Shown here one piece after another: positions 20,101 through 29,318 of a DNA stretch of 64,000 bases. A program made the position numbers and the translations under genes. The stretch comes from an uncultured delta proteobacterium (GTDB lineage Bacteria; Desulfobacterota; RBG-13-43-22). The notes beneath the pieces are model-generated. The model was given only the letters and a program-made list of their open reading frames with translations. It did not search any database and was not told the origin of the DNA. Numbering within the stretch: position 1 is the first letter of the stretch; each line of letters begins with the position of its first letter. The stretch is taken from positions 448,001 to 512,000 of the forward strand of contig CAVUPH010000014.1 in assembly GCA_963743305.1 (NCBI GenBank), given 5' to 3'.

Positions 20101-20800
20101 TTTGGAAAATCTGGATTTCAGCGAAACAGACCCTCTGGTCATAATGAAATTGGTGGCGGATAAACTGGCAGAATACGGGTTTGATCCGAAGTGGCAGGAT
20201 ACGGTCGTCGGCTTAATCGGCCGGGTGCTGAAGGCGCCGCTCCCCTCCCCTTTCGGGAGCTTCAGCCTGGGGCAGATCTCCCGGGCCGAGCGTCTCAGTG
20301 AGCTCGAATTTAATTTTCCCCTTCAGCGGGTAACCCCCCAGGGGCTGGCAAAAATTTTTGCCGATCACGGGGGGATAGGGCTGTCGGCCGGATTTTCCAC
20401 CCGGCTTGAAAACCTAGATTTTCAACCGGCCCGAGGGTTCATGAAAGGTTTCATCGACCTGGTTTTTCAATTCCAGGGGCGCTATTACCTGGTGGACTGG
20501 AAATCAAACTTTCTGGGGGGGAGAGCGAAAGACTACCACCGGGAGAACCTGGTTCGGACCATGGAGGACCATTTTTACCGCCTGCAGTTAAATCTCTACG
20601 TGCTGGCCCTGCACCGTTATTTAAAATACCGGCTCCCCGGGTATCGCTATGCAGAACATTTCGGCGGTGCCTTTTATCTCTTTCTGCGGGGCATAAACCT
20701 GGAGGAAGAAAAGGGATTCGGGATCTACTCTGAATCGCCGCGGGAGGGGCTGATTGAGGTCCTGAGCCAAAGCCTGATCGGGGAGGAGGCCGCTTCATGA
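17147..20800 (+). CDS. recB: Exodeoxyribonuclease V beta subunit
   Basis: AGAGTGKT, DEFQD, GDPKQAIY, TIHRSKGLEY, nuclease motif GFIDL...YYLVDWKSN. Confidence 0.96.
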   Translation: MRTEELTLIPQDLKTPGFDLLNSPLEGTNLIEAGAGTGKTYTLTGLFLRLILERRLPVNEILVVTYTVAATEELRDRIRRKIREALEACSGGTSPDSFLQSLLLKVPDREEAAVLLHAALLDFDEAAIFTIHGFCQRTLQESAFESGSLFDTELEPEEETELIAEIVQDFWRRHFYDAPREWVQYALSLNLGPVTFLELLKKGRFQSDLKIIPRTDPVVFTTLEPFRRAYVELRNAWPKARDEVEQAFSDPALTADYRDQVAARLSLMDAFLEENSPVFPLPEKFEKFTSRGLEKKTRKKLKTPRHPYFLLCDALKLAAEALRLEMDRHLLYLKGAVFQFLGQELPIRKQRRNIQSFDDLLIRLRRSLEKPGGDELSREVRKRYRAALIDEFQDTDPVQYAIFRNIFGQGGSILFIIGDPKQAIYRFRGADLFAYLKAAGRVDRRYTLDRNWRSEPGLIAAVNTVFGCRENAFLYREIPFEPAVAEEGGSQAFLTIRGKREPPLHFWQVNSGDGGLINKGEAEALIPGAVAGEISRLLRLGKNGEALLDSRRLREGDLAVLVRTNRQARLMQTALGRLKIASVLHTTGNLFDSYEAQEVQRVLDGMVHPLREGRIRAALATNLLGVTGETLERLTRDEAGWEEWLSRFREYYDIGEKKGFIRMFRYFLLREKVRSRLLGLPNGERRLTNVLHLSEVLHQRVVEEKLGLTGLSKWLARQCDPGSPRLEEHQLRLESDAEAVKIVTIHRSKGLEYPIVFCPFNWDPSKIKKGAFSFHDREEDWRLNLVLDPKAGGDRDLVELAAQEELAENLRLLYVSLTRAKNRCYLIWGRFRDAETSSLAYLLAPPGDTDENIVQKVETHFQAKTDVRLRQDLDGLARKSEGMIRVTELPRVPGEEVSPDEIDWDELSGRVFRGTVSREWQIASFSRLTVGVKETFDSPQSEDASADLPDHDQAQDAEEPFLDPEPFSIFAFPRGAKAGTLLHDLLENLDFSETDPLVIMKLVADKLAEYGFDPKWQDTVVGLIGRVLKAPLPSPFGSFSLGQISRAERLSELEFNFPLQRVTPQGLAKIFADHGGIGLSAGFSTRLENLDFQPARGFMKGFIDLVFQFQGRYYLVDWKSNFLGGRAKDYHRENLVRTMEDHFYRLQLNLYVLALHRYLKYRLPGYRYAEHFGGAFYLFLRGINLEEEKGFGIYSESPREGLIEVLSQSLIGEEAAS

Positions 20801-22638
20801 AGCCCTCCTGGACGGCCGCTTTTTTGGAAAGAAAAATCCTTTCGCCGCTGGATGTCCATTTTGCCGGGCTGATGACTCGACTTGCCGGGACCGCAAGCGA
20901 AGCCCTCTTCCTGGCTGCCGCCCTGGTCAGCCATTACCAGGGGCTGGGGCATGTCTGCTTCGATCTCTCCGGTCTGGCCGGGAAGATGCTACTGGAGGAC
21001 GCACCGGATTCCCCGGCCTGCCCCCCCTTGGAGCGCTGGGTTCAAGGGCTGAAAAAGGAAGGGGTGGTGGGGAGGCCGGGGGATTATAAACCCCTGATCC
21101 TAAATGGTCCCCGCCTTTATTTGTTCCGCTACTGGGAGTATGAACGAAAACTGATCGATTTCCTGAAGGAACGAACCGCTGAAGAGGCTTTCCCGGCAAA
21201 TGAAGCTTCCCTCCGGGACGGGCTGGCCCGACTTTTTCCTTCCCTAGACCCCGGAGAGACGGATTGGCAAAAGGTGGCTGCCCTGGCTTCGGCCTGGAAA
21301 AGGTTCTGCGTAATCTCCGGGGGCCCGGGGACCGGGAAGACCTTTACGGTGGCCAAGATCCTGGCGCTTCTCCTGGAGCAAAATAGTCCCGGGAGGCTGC
21401 GGATAGCCCTGGCGGCCCCCACCGGAAAGGCCGCCGCCCGGGTGCAGGAAGCCCTAAAAAAGGCTCGAGAGCTATTGGAATGTACGGAGGCGGTTAAAGC
21501 CGCCCTGCCCCTAGAGGCCTTTACCCTTCACCGCCTATTGAAGCCTATCCCGGCGACTCCCTATTTCCGCTACGATTCGAAAAACCCCCTGCCCTTTGAG
21601 GTAGTGGTCATCGATGAGGCCTCGATGGTGGACCTGGCCCTATTGTCCAAGCTGGTCCAGGCCCTCCCCCCGCTATCCAAATTGATCCTGCTGGGGGATA
21701 AGGATCAATTGGCCTCGGTCGAGGCTGGGGCCGTATTGGGAGATATTTGCGGCTTAGAAAATAAATACGGATTTTCGAGAGATTTCCGTGATGCCTATCA
21801 AAGAATTGTCGGGGAGAGGCTGGGGGGCGGGGCAGAGGAGGACCGCGGAACCGGGATGAGGGACGTTATCATTCCGCTCAAAAAAAGTTACCGCTTCGGG
21901 TCCTCAAGCGGGATTGGGGCCGTGAGTCGAGCTGTAAATGAAGGAGATGGCGCCGGCGCCTATGATCTGCTGAGAGCCAGCAACGCCGCTGATATCCGCT
22001 GGGGGGACCTTCCCAGCCCCGAAGCCCTGGGGGCGAGGCTAAAAGATCTGGCGGTAAGGGAGCTTTCGGGGTATTTTCAGCCGAACCGGGCCGAGAATAT
22101 TTTCGAATTGTTCAGCAGATTCCGGATCCTCTGCGCCCTGCGGGAAGGCCCTTATGGGGTCCAGGCGCTGAACCGGCTGATGGAGCAGCTTTTGCGGCAG
22201 GAAGGCCTGATCCGCCAGATAGGCCGCTGGTATCCCGGCCGGCCGGTCATGGTCACTAAAAATGACTACCAGTTAAGGCTTTTCAACGGGGATATGGGGA
22301 TTACCTTGCCGGACCCTGACGGAAATCATGAGCTCAGAGTCTTTTTTCCCTCCCCGGAAGGCGGAGTTCGAAAATTTCCTCCCCGCCGGCTCCCGGAACA
22401 TGAGAACGTTTATGCCATGACGGTGCACAAAAGCCAGGGGTCGGAATTCGACCGGGTCCTCCTGATTCTGCCGGACCGGGATGTCCCGGTGTTGACCCGG
22501 GAATTGATTTACACCGGGATCACCCGGGCCCGGGAGCAGATGGAAATATGGGGGAAGAAAACGACTTTTTTGCGGGCGGTATCCCGCCGCATCGAGCGCT
22601 CCTCCGGACTCCGTGAAGCCCTCTGGGGGGAAGATTGA
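20797..22638 (+). CDS. recD: Exodeoxyribonuclease V alpha subunit
   Basis: GGPGTGKT, APTGKAA, DEASM, YAMTVHKSQGSE, YTGITRA. Confidence 0.96.
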   Translation: MKPSWTAAFLERKILSPLDVHFAGLMTRLAGTASEALFLAAALVSHYQGLGHVCFDLSGLAGKMLLEDAPDSPACPPLERWVQGLKKEGVVGRPGDYKPLILNGPRLYLFRYWEYERKLIDFLKERTAEEAFPANEASLRDGLARLFPSLDPGETDWQKVAALASAWKRFCVISGGPGTGKTFTVAKILALLLEQNSPGRLRIALAAPTGKAAARVQEALKKARELLECTEAVKAALPLEAFTLHRLLKPIPATPYFRYDSKNPLPFEVVVIDEASMVDLALLSKLVQALPPLSKLILLGDKDQLASVEAGAVLGDICGLENKYGFSRDFRDAYQRIVGERLGGGAEEDRGTGMRDVIIPLKKSYRFGSSSGIGAVSRAVNEGDGAGAYDLLRASNAADIRWGDLPSPEALGARLKDLAVRELSGYFQPNRAENIFELFSRFRILCALREGPYGVQALNRLMEQLLRQEGLIRQIGRWYPGRPVMVTKNDYQLRLFNGDMGITLPDPDGNHELRVFFPSPEGGVRKFPPRRLPEHENVYAMTVHKSQGSEFDRVLLILPDRDVPVLTRELIYTGITRAREQMEIWGKKTTFLRAVSRRIERSSGLREALWGED

Positions 22639-22683
22639 GTCCACTGATGACTTTCATACGAAAAAGGAAAACCTTCCGCTTTT

Positions 22684-24150
22684 TTACCGTTTCCGGCCGC
22701 TGCCGAAGAGGGACCCCAGAACCCCCCGGATGATTTGCCGACCGATCTGGCTGCCGATGGCGTGGGCCGCGCTCTGGGCCATGGCCCCCAGCATTTTTGA
22801 AACCTGAGAGGATTCTCCCTGGGGACGAACTTTGGCCGCGGCCGCCTCCAGTTCCTCGTTTTGTCGCTTTACTGCCCGCTCCTTCAATTTTTCATAAGCC
22901 GATTCTCGGTCCACATCCCGGTCATACTGCCCGTAGAGCACGGACCCACGGATGATTTGGGTCCGCTCCTCCGGGCTCAAAGGGGTTAATCGGCTTCGGG
23001 GGGGAAGAATCAGCGCCCTTTCCACCGGCGTAGGCGCACCCTTCCGGTCCAGGACCGATATCAGGGCCTCGCCCACTTTGAGTTCGGTGATGGCCTGAAA
23101 AACGTCAAGGGGTGGATTGATCCGGAAAGTCTCGGCGGCCGCCTTGACGGTTTTCTGGTCCTTGGGGGTAAAGGCCCGGAGGGCATGCTGCACCCGATGG
23201 CCCAACTGACCCAGCACCGCTTCGGGGATATCCAGGGGGTTCTGGGTCACAAAGTAAATACCCACTCCCTTGGACCGGATCAGACGCACCACCTGCTCGA
23301 TTTTGTCCTGGAGGGCTTTGGGTATATCTTCAAAAAGCAGGTGGGCCTCGTCAAAAAAGAAAACCAATCGGGGTTTCTCGGGATCGCCCACCTCCGGAAG
23401 CTGTTCAAAAAGTTCGGACATCAGCCAGAGCAGCAGCGTGGCATAAACCTTGGGGGAGCGCATCAAACGGTCGGCGCTCAGGACATTGATGATCCCCTTA
23501 CCGGAACCCTCCGTTTGGATAAAGTCCTGGATGTTCAGGGCCGGCTCGCCGAAAAATCGGGCGCCGCCTTCCTGCTCCAGGGTCAGCAGGCCCCGTTGAA
23601 TGGCCCCGACGCTGGCCTTGGAGATATTCCCGTATTGCGTCGTGAACCGTTCCGCCTGATCCCCCGCGAATTGCATCATGGCCTGCAGGTCGTTTAGATC
23701 CAGGAGCAGCAGGCCGTCATCATCGGCGATTTTAAAGGTTATATTCAGAACGCCGCTTTGGGTTTCGTTCAGGTTCAGGATCCGGCTTAGCAGTAACGGC
23801 CCCATCTCCGAAATCGTGGTCCGGAGAGGATGGCCTTGTTCCCCGAAGACATCCCAAAAAACTACCGGATTCCCTTCAAAGGCAAAGCCTTTGAGACCCA
23901 ACTGCTGGACCCGCTCCGCCACCTTGGGGTTTTCTCCTCCGGGCAACGGCAGTCCGGAGAGGTCGCCTTTGATATCGGCCAGAAAAACGGGAACGCCGAT
24001 CCGGCTGAAGGCCTCGGCCAGGACCCGCAAAGTCACGGTTTTGCCGGTGCCCGTGGCTCCGGCGATGAGGCCGTGGCGATTGGCCATTTCGGCCAAGATG
24101 GCGATCTCCTCCCGGGCCTGGGCTACGGGCAGGGATAATGGTTCAGTCAT
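22684..24150 (-). CDS. HerA-like ATPase, DUF853/YjgR family
   Basis: [39 protein letters not shown]; start at ATG 24150. Confidence 0.92.
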   Translation of the reverse strand: MTEPLSLPVAQAREEIAILAEMANRHGLIAGATGTGKTVTLRVLAEAFSRIGVPVFLADIKGDLSGLPLPGGENPKVAERVQQLGLKGFAFEGNPVVFWDVFGEQGHPLRTTISEMGPLLLSRILNLNETQSGVLNITFKIADDDGLLLLDLNDLQAMMQFAGDQAERFTTQYGNISKASVGAIQRGLLTLEQEGGARFFGEPALNIQDFIQTEGSGKGIINVLSADRLMRSPKVYATLLLWLMSELFEQLPEVGDPEKPRLVFFFDEAHLLFEDIPKALQDKIEQVVRLIRSKGVGIYFVTQNPLDIPEAVLGQLGHRVQHALRAFTPKDQKTVKAAAETFRINPPLDVFQAITELKVGEALISVLDRKGAPTPVERALILPPRSRLTPLSPEERTQIIRGSVLYGQYDRDVDRESAYEKLKERAVKRQNEELEAAAAKVRPQGESSQVSKMLGAMAQSAAHAIGSQIGRQIIRGVLGSLFGSGRKR

Positions 24151-24447
24151 CTCAGGTCTCCTTCTGCTATCCGGGATGAGTTCACTATAGGAAGTTGTCG
24201 GCTCTCTTGTCAACCTTCCTGAAAAGAGGGGGCGACAGTAGGGGACCGAGGGCCGACTCGAACTGGAAACAACAATTTTCCGTCCCGGGAAAAGTGCAAA
24301 TGGAGTATTTCATTTTCTCCTTGCTCATCGGGCCGTTTTCATTTTATATTTTAGGATAATGCGATCAGCCCAATAAACAGGACGGGACCGGGGAATATTG
24401 ACCGGGGGGGATAATTAATCACCAAACACGGTACCAGGGAGAAAACA

Positions 24448-27219
24448 ATGGCAAAATCTTCGGCCCGAGGGAAGAATGAAAAACAGTGGGTTTATTTGTT
24501 TGATAACCTGGAGGCGGTGGAGGCCTATCTGCAGCCCAAGAGCTGGGATGAAGTGAAAGGTCTATTGGGCGGAAAGGGAGCCAACCTGTTTGAGATGACC
24601 CGCCTGGGCCTTCCGGTTCCGCCCGGATTTACCGTCACCACCAAGGCCTGCAACGCCTATTTGGACCACGAGCGGAAGTTCCCTCCCGGCCTCTGGGAAC
24701 AGGAGATGGCCGCTCTGCGCCATCTGGAGGAAAAAACCGGTAAACGCTTCGGGGATCCGACCCGCCCGCTTTTTGTTTCCTGCCGCTCCGGCGCCAAGTT
24801 TTCCATGCCCGGCATGATGGATACCGTACTCAATATCGGTCTCAACGATGAAACCGCCCAAGGTCTGGTGGCGTTGACCAATGACCCGCGTTTTGTGTTT
24901 GACTCCTACCGGCGGCTGGTCCAGATGTTCGGGGTCGTGGTCCTGGGCGTTCCGGATGAACCGTTTGAAGTTTTTATTGAAAAAATGAAAAAGAGTCGGG
25001 GAGTACGGTTGGATGTGGAGTTGGAGGCCGAAGACTGGCTGCGCATTACCGCGCACTTTAAAGGTCAGATCATGTCCTATACCGGCCGGGAATTTCCCCA
25101 GGATCCCAGCGAGCAATTGGAAATGGCCACTCGGGCCGTATTCAACAGTTGGTTCGGCAAGCGGGCCGTGGATTACCGCAACGCGACCGGTATCCGCCAC
25201 GACCTGGGCACCGCCGTCAATATTCAGGTGGTAGTCTTTGGCAACATGGGTGAGGACAGCGGAACCGGCGTGGCCTTCACCCGGAATCCGGTCAACGGGA
25301 ACAAGGAACTCTATGGCGATTATTTGCTCAACGCCCAGGGCGAAGATGTGGTGGCCGGCATCCGCAACACCTCGTCCATACAAAACCTCCAGCGGGACAT
25401 GCCGGAGGCCTTCGCTGAGTTCGCCGCTATTTGTGAAAAGCTGGAGAGCCATTTCCATGAAATGCAGGACGTGGAGTTCACGATTGAAAACCGCAAACTC
25501 TGGATGCTGCAGACCCGGGACGGCAAACGCACCGCCCGGGCGGCCATCAAAATTGCCGTGGATATGGTCGAGGAAGGCCTGATCGACAAGAAAAAAGCGA
25601 TCCTGCGCGTCAATCCCGAACAGGTGGACATGCTGCTCCACCCGCAGTTCAGCGCCGTCGCCAAGGAGCAGGCCCGGGTCGAGGGACGGCGACTGGTCCA
25701 AAAGGCCGTCAATGCCAGCCCCGGCGCCGCCGTGGGCCAGGCTGTCTTTGATGCCGATACGGCGGAAAAATGGGGTAAGGAAGGCAAGGCGGTGATCATG
25801 GTTCGGCCGGAAACCAAGCCGGACGATGTCCACGGCATGATCGCTTCCAAAGGCATTCTTACCAGCCACGGCGGGGCGACCAGTCATGCCGCCGTGGTGG
25901 CTCGCCAATTCGGGACCCCGGCGGTCTGCGGGGCCGATGTGTTGACTATCGATGTGGAGCACCGGTTATTCACGGTCAAGAAAGAATCCACCATCGAAGT
26001 GCGGGAAGGGGACTGGATCAGCATCGACGGGGGGACCGGCGAGGTCTTCCTGGGCCAACTGGAAACCCAGGACCCGGATTTCGAACGCGAAACCGATCTG
26101 AACGTGCTGCTGACCTGGGCCGATGAAGTTCGCCGCCTGGGTGTCTGGGCCAACGCCGATTATCCCAAGGACGCCGAACGGGCCCGCCGCTATGGCGCCG
26201 AGGGCATTGGCCTCTGCCGGACAGAGCATATGTTCTTCGAGGAAGACCGACTGCCTATCGTCCAGGAGATGATCATGGCCACCAGCCGCGGGCGCCGGGT
26301 TCCCGCCCTGGCCAGACTGTTGCCCATGCAACGAAGCGATTTCGAAGGACTTTTCAAAGCCATGGACGGCCATCCAGTGATCATCCGGCTGCTCGACCCG
26401 CCGCTGCACGAGTTTCTGCCTGCCTACGACACCCTGGTACAGGATCTGGCCGATCTGAAGGTCCGCATCCAGCACTATCATACCTTGAACGAGATCGACC
26501 AAGCCTTGGCTGAGCTGCGTCAGAAGGAAGATATCCTCAACCGGGTCGAGGCCCTGAAGGAATCCAATCCCATGCTCGGCCTGCGCGGCGACCGCTTGAG
26601 CGTGGTCATGCCGGAGATTTCCGAAATGCAGATCCGGGCCATCCTGGAAGCGGCCGTGTGGGTTAAGCGCGACGGCGTGGATGTCCATCCGGAAATCATG
26701 ATCCCCCTGGCCAGTCACGTCAATGAATTGAAATTCATCAGGAAAATCGTGGATGCCACCGCCAAGGCCGTCTTTGAAGAAACGGGCCTGAGCGTCGATT
26801 TCAGATACGGCACCATGATCGAGGTGCCGCGCGCCGCCCTGACGGCCGACGAAATGGCCGGGGAAGCGGAATTTTTCAGTTTCGGGACCAACGACCTGAC
26901 CCAGACCACCTTCGGCATCAGCCGGGACGACGCCGAGGCCAAATTCCTCATCAAATATGTGGAGGATGGAATCCTGCCCCAGAACCCCTTTCAGCAATTG
27001 GACATCCAGGGCGTCGGCAAGCTGATCGAGATGGCGGTGGCCGGTGGACGACGGGTGCGGCCGGACCTGCAGGTGGGCATCTGCGGTGAACACGGCGGCG
27101 ATCCCCAAAGCATCGCCTTCTGCCACCGGATGGGACTGAACTATGTGAGCTGCAGTCCCTTCCGGGTACCCATCGCCCGTCTGGCGGCGGCCCACGCGGC
27201 CCTCAAAGAAGGGACCTAA
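24448..27219 (+). CDS. ppdK: Pyruvate, phosphate dikinase
   Basis: GGKGANL, SMPGMMDT, GGATSHAAVVAR (phospho-His), GTNDLTQ, GICGEHGG. Confidence 0.97.
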   Translation: MAKSSARGKNEKQWVYLFDNLEAVEAYLQPKSWDEVKGLLGGKGANLFEMTRLGLPVPPGFTVTTKACNAYLDHERKFPPGLWEQEMAALRHLEEKTGKRFGDPTRPLFVSCRSGAKFSMPGMMDTVLNIGLNDETAQGLVALTNDPRFVFDSYRRLVQMFGVVVLGVPDEPFEVFIEKMKKSRGVRLDVELEAEDWLRITAHFKGQIMSYTGREFPQDPSEQLEMATRAVFNSWFGKRAVDYRNATGIRHDLGTAVNIQVVVFGNMGEDSGTGVAFTRNPVNGNKELYGDYLLNAQGEDVVAGIRNTSSIQNLQRDMPEAFAEFAAICEKLESHFHEMQDVEFTIENRKLWMLQTRDGKRTARAAIKIAVDMVEEGLIDKKKAILRVNPEQVDMLLHPQFSAVAKEQARVEGRRLVQKAVNASPGAAVGQAVFDADTAEKWGKEGKAVIMVRPETKPDDVHGMIASKGILTSHGGATSHAAVVARQFGTPAVCGADVLTIDVEHRLFTVKKESTIEVREGDWISIDGGTGEVFLGQLETQDPDFERETDLNVLLTWADEVRRLGVWANADYPKDAERARRYGAEGIGLCRTEHMFFEEDRLPIVQEMIMATSRGRRVPALARLLPMQRSDFEGLFKAMDGHPVIIRLLDPPLHEFLPAYDTLVQDLADLKVRIQHYHTLNEIDQALAELRQKEDILNRVEALKESNPMLGLRGDRLSVVMPEISEMQIRAILEAAVWVKRDGVDVHPEIMIPLASHVNELKFIRKIVDATAKAVFEETGLSVDFRYGTMIEVPRAALTADEMAGEAEFFSFGTNDLTQTTFGISRDDAEAKFLIKYVEDGILPQNPFQQLDIQGVGKLIEMAVAGGRRVRPDLQVGICGEHGGDPQSIAFCHRMGLNYVSCSPFRVPIARLAAAHAALKEGT

Positions 27220-27248
27220 AGGATAGCCATTGAAAAAAGCCTGTATCG

Positions 27249-27424
27249 ATGGATAAGGACAACGACACCCACCTGAAGACCGTCGGCTACATCCTCTGGC
27301 TCTTTGGCTTTACCGGCGCGCATCGTTTTTATTTCGGCAAGCCGCTTTGGGATACTTGTATGACCTTTGGACCTTGAACGACCAAGTTCACGAAATCAAC
27401 AACGCCCTGGCGCAAACCTATTGA
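27249..27424 (+). pseudogene. Internally deleted TM2/NINE-domain gene
   Basis: MDKDNDTHLKTVGYILWLFGFTGAHRFYFGKP joined out of frame to LGYLYDLWTLNDQVHEIN, i.e. the two ends of a TM2 protein. Confidence 0.7.
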
Positions 27425-27475
27425 TTTTAAAGCTACGCCCCGACCGAATGGGCCTCGTTTTTCTGCTTAAGGGAT

Positions 27476-28126
27476 TTAAAAAAATCCAGGGGAAAAAGCT
27501 AGAAGGAATTGGCCGGCGTAATACAGGGGAAGCCCGATCAGGCGGTTGAAAAATGTCTTTCTAATGAATTGATCGCGGGCCACAAAAAGATCCGAAAGGT
27601 AAAACAGGATGGCCCCCCAGAAAAGCAAGGCCTTTCCCGTCCAGGGCAGGTCAGGACTTTCGAAAACCGCCCAGGCCCCGAAGACCATCAGCGTAATAAC
27701 CGCCACGTAGGCCAGAACCGGAAGCTTCATGGCCCCCAGATGGGACCAAAGCCAGCAACAGGTTCCCAAACTGATGGCGAGAACAAGAAAGTCCCCGGGA
27801 GAAAACCAGCCCTTGAAAGGGATCAGGAAAGTGAAGGCCAGGATATAGAGCACATGGCCAAGCAGGAAAGCCACCAATCCTGCCCTAAACCACTTCAGCC
27901 CCGAAAAAGCTAAGCAAACATCCCCTACCAGGCAAAAGATTAACCCCAGTGTCAAAAATCGGGTGAATGATTCGTTGCCGCCCGGCTGAAGAAAAACCGG
28001 GATTACAAAAAGAAGGGACAGCAAGGACTTGGTCACGATTCGGCCAAAGGGTTGTCCCATTTTTTCATAATAAAGAAGGACGATCAGCAAAAGGACCCCT
28101 AAGCCCGGAATAAGAAGATACCCCAT
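27476..28126 (-). CDS. YhhN-family (lysoplasmalogenase-like) membrane protein
   Basis: GDVCL, GLVAFLLGHVLY, GAILFYLSD, YYAGQ motifs. Confidence 0.9.
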   Translation of the reverse strand: MGYLLIPGLGVLLLIVLLYYEKMGQPFGRIVTKSLLSLLFVIPVFLQPGGNESFTRFLTLGLIFCLVGDVCLAFSGLKWFRAGLVAFLLGHVLYILAFTFLIPFKGWFSPGDFLVLAISLGTCCWLWSHLGAMKLPVLAYVAVITLMVFGAWAVFESPDLPWTGKALLFWGAILFYLSDLFVARDQFIRKTFFNRLIGLPLYYAGQFLLAFSPGFF

Positions 28127-28230
28127 ACTATCCTTTCAATTGATGCTCGCCGGTATTGGATTCAAAGGCCTAACCAATAATAGTAGTCAGCGTTTTGAAA
28201 CAGCCAGGGCTTGGAGTCCGGCAAAGGGCA

Positions 28231-29121
28231 TTATAGTTCCTCCTCCAGATCCTCGATCACCAACCTGACGATCTCAGGCAGGTCTTTCAGGTCATGGGGC
28301 CGGATAAGGCGCCGGAAGATGACTTGCCGGGCAAGACTGGCGGAATGCAGGAAGTGTTGCCGTTGGTTTATCCCGGCCTTTAGGGATCGAGGGGTATAGG
28401 AATAACGAAGCAAGGCGATAACCGCTTCCGGCCGGCTAACCGGCAATAGTTCGATATCTTTGCCTTTTTCGAGAAGGTAAATGCGCTTCAGTGGAAGAGG
28501 CGCGACTGAAAACCCCTTGAGTACCCTGGGGGTAATCTTTTCTTCAAGAGGATTCCCAGGAGGAGAATTTTCCGGATCGAAACCCAGGGAGGCGGCTGTT
28601 TCCGAATAGAGTTTTAGTTGAGGAAAAGCCGGGCAGATCAGAGGGGCGGCTTCATCGGTCCGGATGACCAAGACGTCGTCGGAAATGAGGGGATATTTGT
28701 CGCTGAAGGCCGCCGCCATGGTGGACTTGCCTTCACCGGAATGACCTAAAAAAACCGCCCCTTGGCCGTCGATAGCCACGGCGCTTCCATGCAAAACGAG
28801 GGAGCCCCGTAGAAAGGCCAGAGTCCCGAGCACATTGCCCAAGAGAAAAAGACGCAACGAACCTTCGTCTACCCCGGGGGCCGGATCAATGAGAATTTTC
28901 CGGCTTTCACGAATCAAAAAAGAGCCGATGCCGGCATAAGAAAAATAGGCTTCCCCGTTTGTCACCCGTATGGTTGTTTCCGAAAACCGGTCCGGGGAGC
29001 CGGCTTCACCCGGCCGGGGGAAAAAAATATTCACATCATATTTACCCGCACTCCCCTCAATCAGTTCAGGAAGTTGCAGCTCAGAACGGATGGCCAAGCC
29101 AAAGGCCTGGTAGTAATACAA
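28231..29121 (-). CDS. HPr-kinase-like protein, putative RiPP (lasso) precursor kinase
   Basis: LHGSAV, Walker A GHSGEGKST, ISDD; directly downstream of the precursor genes. Confidence 0.8.
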   Translation of the reverse strand: MYYYQAFGLAIRSELQLPELIEGSAGKYDVNIFFPRPGEAGSPDRFSETTIRVTNGEAYFSYAGIGSFLIRESRKILIDPAPGVDEGSLRLFLLGNVLGTLAFLRGSLVLHGSAVAIDGQGAVFLGHSGEGKSTMAAAFSDKYPLISDDVLVIRTDEAAPLICPAFPQLKLYSETAASLGFDPENSPPGNPLEEKITPRVLKGFSVAPLPLKRIYLLEKGKDIELLPVSRPEAVIALLRYSYTPRSLKAGINQRQHFLHSASLARQVIFRRLIRPHDLKDLPEIVRLVIEDLEEEL

Positions 29122-29162
29122 ATCTATTCCCTATTGTCCTCGGATTATTTTGAGGGCGCGGT

Positions 29163-29318
29163 TCAGACTGGGCCGCTTGGTTGGATTTGCCCCAATTTAA
29201 AACCTTCCGGATTGATCAGGTTTTCCTCGGTAATCTTTTCCACCGATCCGTGAACGACCAATTCAGGTTTCTGGTAGGGCTTCTTTTTCCTCTGGATCAG
29301 AGTCTCTTTCTCTTTCAT
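29163..29318 (-). CDS. Lasso-type RiPP precursor peptide A2 (51 aa)
   Basis: MKEKETLIQRKKKPYQKPELVVHGSVEKITE-ENLINPEGFKLGQIQPSGPV; leader YxxPxLxxxGxxxxxT; RBS GGAGG. Confidence 0.85.
   Translation of the reverse strand: MKEKETLIQRKKKPYQKPELVVHGSVEKITEENLINPEGFKLGQIQPSGPV

Noticed and set aside
24562-27195. Long antisense ORFs (466 and 409 aa) opposite ppdK, and similar ones opposite recB, ftsA and the DUF853 gene
   Set aside because: Shadow ORFs expected from GC-rich codon bias of the real genes; no motifs.
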